DNA of 64,000 nucleotides from Pecten maximus (lineage: Eukaryota): positions 34,038,001 through 34,102,000 of the forward strand of contig NC_047029.1 of assembly GCF_902652985.1 (NCBI RefSeq). Direction: 5' to 3'. The position numbers were made by a program, and so were the translations under genes. The notes below the pieces were generated by a model. It had not been told where the DNA came from. It saw only the letters and a program-made list of their open reading frames with translations, and ran no database searches. This document shows positions 62,913 to 64,000 of the stretch, piece by piece. Position 1 is the first letter of the stretch. Each line of letters opens with the position of its first letter.

Positions 62913-63684
62913 TGCCGGGACTCTATCCGTTAATATGCCAAAGACACTGATCAATGCTGATAATGTTTTCTGTGTGAGCGCCTTTCGCTATGGTAGCCAC
63001 CGTCGTCTGAGCACGCGCGAGTGTACAATATACTACAGACGATTCTGTGAGACCGAAGTCTTTTACCAGGCAAACATTATTCTCAGGGGTACTCAAAGAG
63101 GATACGTTTCAGTCGAAGTCGTTCATTTAAAGAGCATAATATTATTTTCTGATTGAACCGATTATCATTGAAAACCTAACAGTAATTCATGAAATAAATT
63201 CTGGTAATATGCTTGCCTCCACAAAACAACTTTTCAAATATCCGTAGATCTTTATACGTGTATATTATCCAAAGGCCTTTCGTAAAAATTACCTGGATTC
63301 GATTCCCAATATAAACGTGTAGCTTTCAGACACATTGATAGTTTTGCTTCAGAACTCATTCTAAAGCAAAACTGGTCCTTCTCCCAGGCCGGATATCGTA
63401 ACTCATTACAACTAGGTCCAAATATATCTGTCATGTCGTGTTAATCTAAATCTAATGAGCCATACATCTGTAATCCAACAATATGTACGCCTAGCCGATG
63501 CTTACTTAAGGAGTGGTATACAATATCTTTTTTGTTATCTTTTTTTCAATTAATTCAAATTTTCACGGTTGTTTAAAACACTTGAAGCAAAGAGATACAG
63601 TCTCCGCGGAGATCGTAAAACTGACTATAGCTTTCTCTTTAATCTAACGTTCTCTGTATATTTTATTGGTACAGTGTATTATAT

Positions 63685-64000
63685 AATATCCGGACCAAAG
63701 CGAATCAATAACTCTTCAAACATAGCAACCGGAAGGGAGCGAAAAAACAACTCTTCAAGATAATATCCGGAACAGAGCGTAAAAATAGTTTTTCAACAAT
63801 AACATCCGGACAGAGAGAGGACATAACTCTTGCAAACATAACAACCGGAAGGGAGCAAAAAATTAACTCTTCAAACAAAACATCCGGAAGGGAGCAAACA
63901 ATTAACTCTTCAAACACAACATCCGGAAGGGAGCAAAAAATTAACTCTTCAAACATATCATCCGGAAGGGAGCAAAACAATTAACTCTTCAAACAAAACA
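63685..64000. repeat. Tandem repeat, 39-bp unit, at least 8 copies, running off the window
   Basis: CATCCGGAAGGGAGCAAAAAATTAACTCTTCAAACAAAA recurs; accounts for ORF 63705..63980. Confidence 0.93.

Noticed and set aside
63705-63980. 13-aa repeat ORF (FEELIFCSLPDV)
   Set aside because: A 39-bp tandem repeat with degenerating edges and no recognisable domain or splice signals.

Overview
AT-rich eukaryotic genomic DNA with a 134-N assembly gap; the repeat types suggest an invertebrate, probably a bivalve mollusc (inference). Four short minus-strand exons (62235-62130, 10621-10517, 7410-7298, 4075-3978) splice in frame with GT-AG junctions. They give the N-terminal ~141 aa of a class B1 (secretin-family, calcitonin/CRF-receptor-like) GPCR: a six-cysteine hormone-receptor domain plus TM1. 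The gene continues left of the window, so most of the window is intron, including a putative ~51.5 kb intron. The introns hold two decayed Tc1 elements, a decayed Mutator/Kolobok-like transposase with a YqaJ-like nuclease remnant, a 2.9 kb Helentron/HINE-type element, SINEs, long-hairpin dispersed repeats and about a dozen tandem arrays. The 865-aa ORF is a by-product of a 34-bp satellite. The most unusual observations are a minisatellite built from the Tc1 catalytic FTDESR codons, hairpin elements whose G.A mismatches and GNA loop would fold well on only one DNA strand, and a 1190-bp higher-order repeat inside the 34-bp satellite. I cannot support a confirmed novel system. All family assignments are from motif recognition by eye, not database searches.
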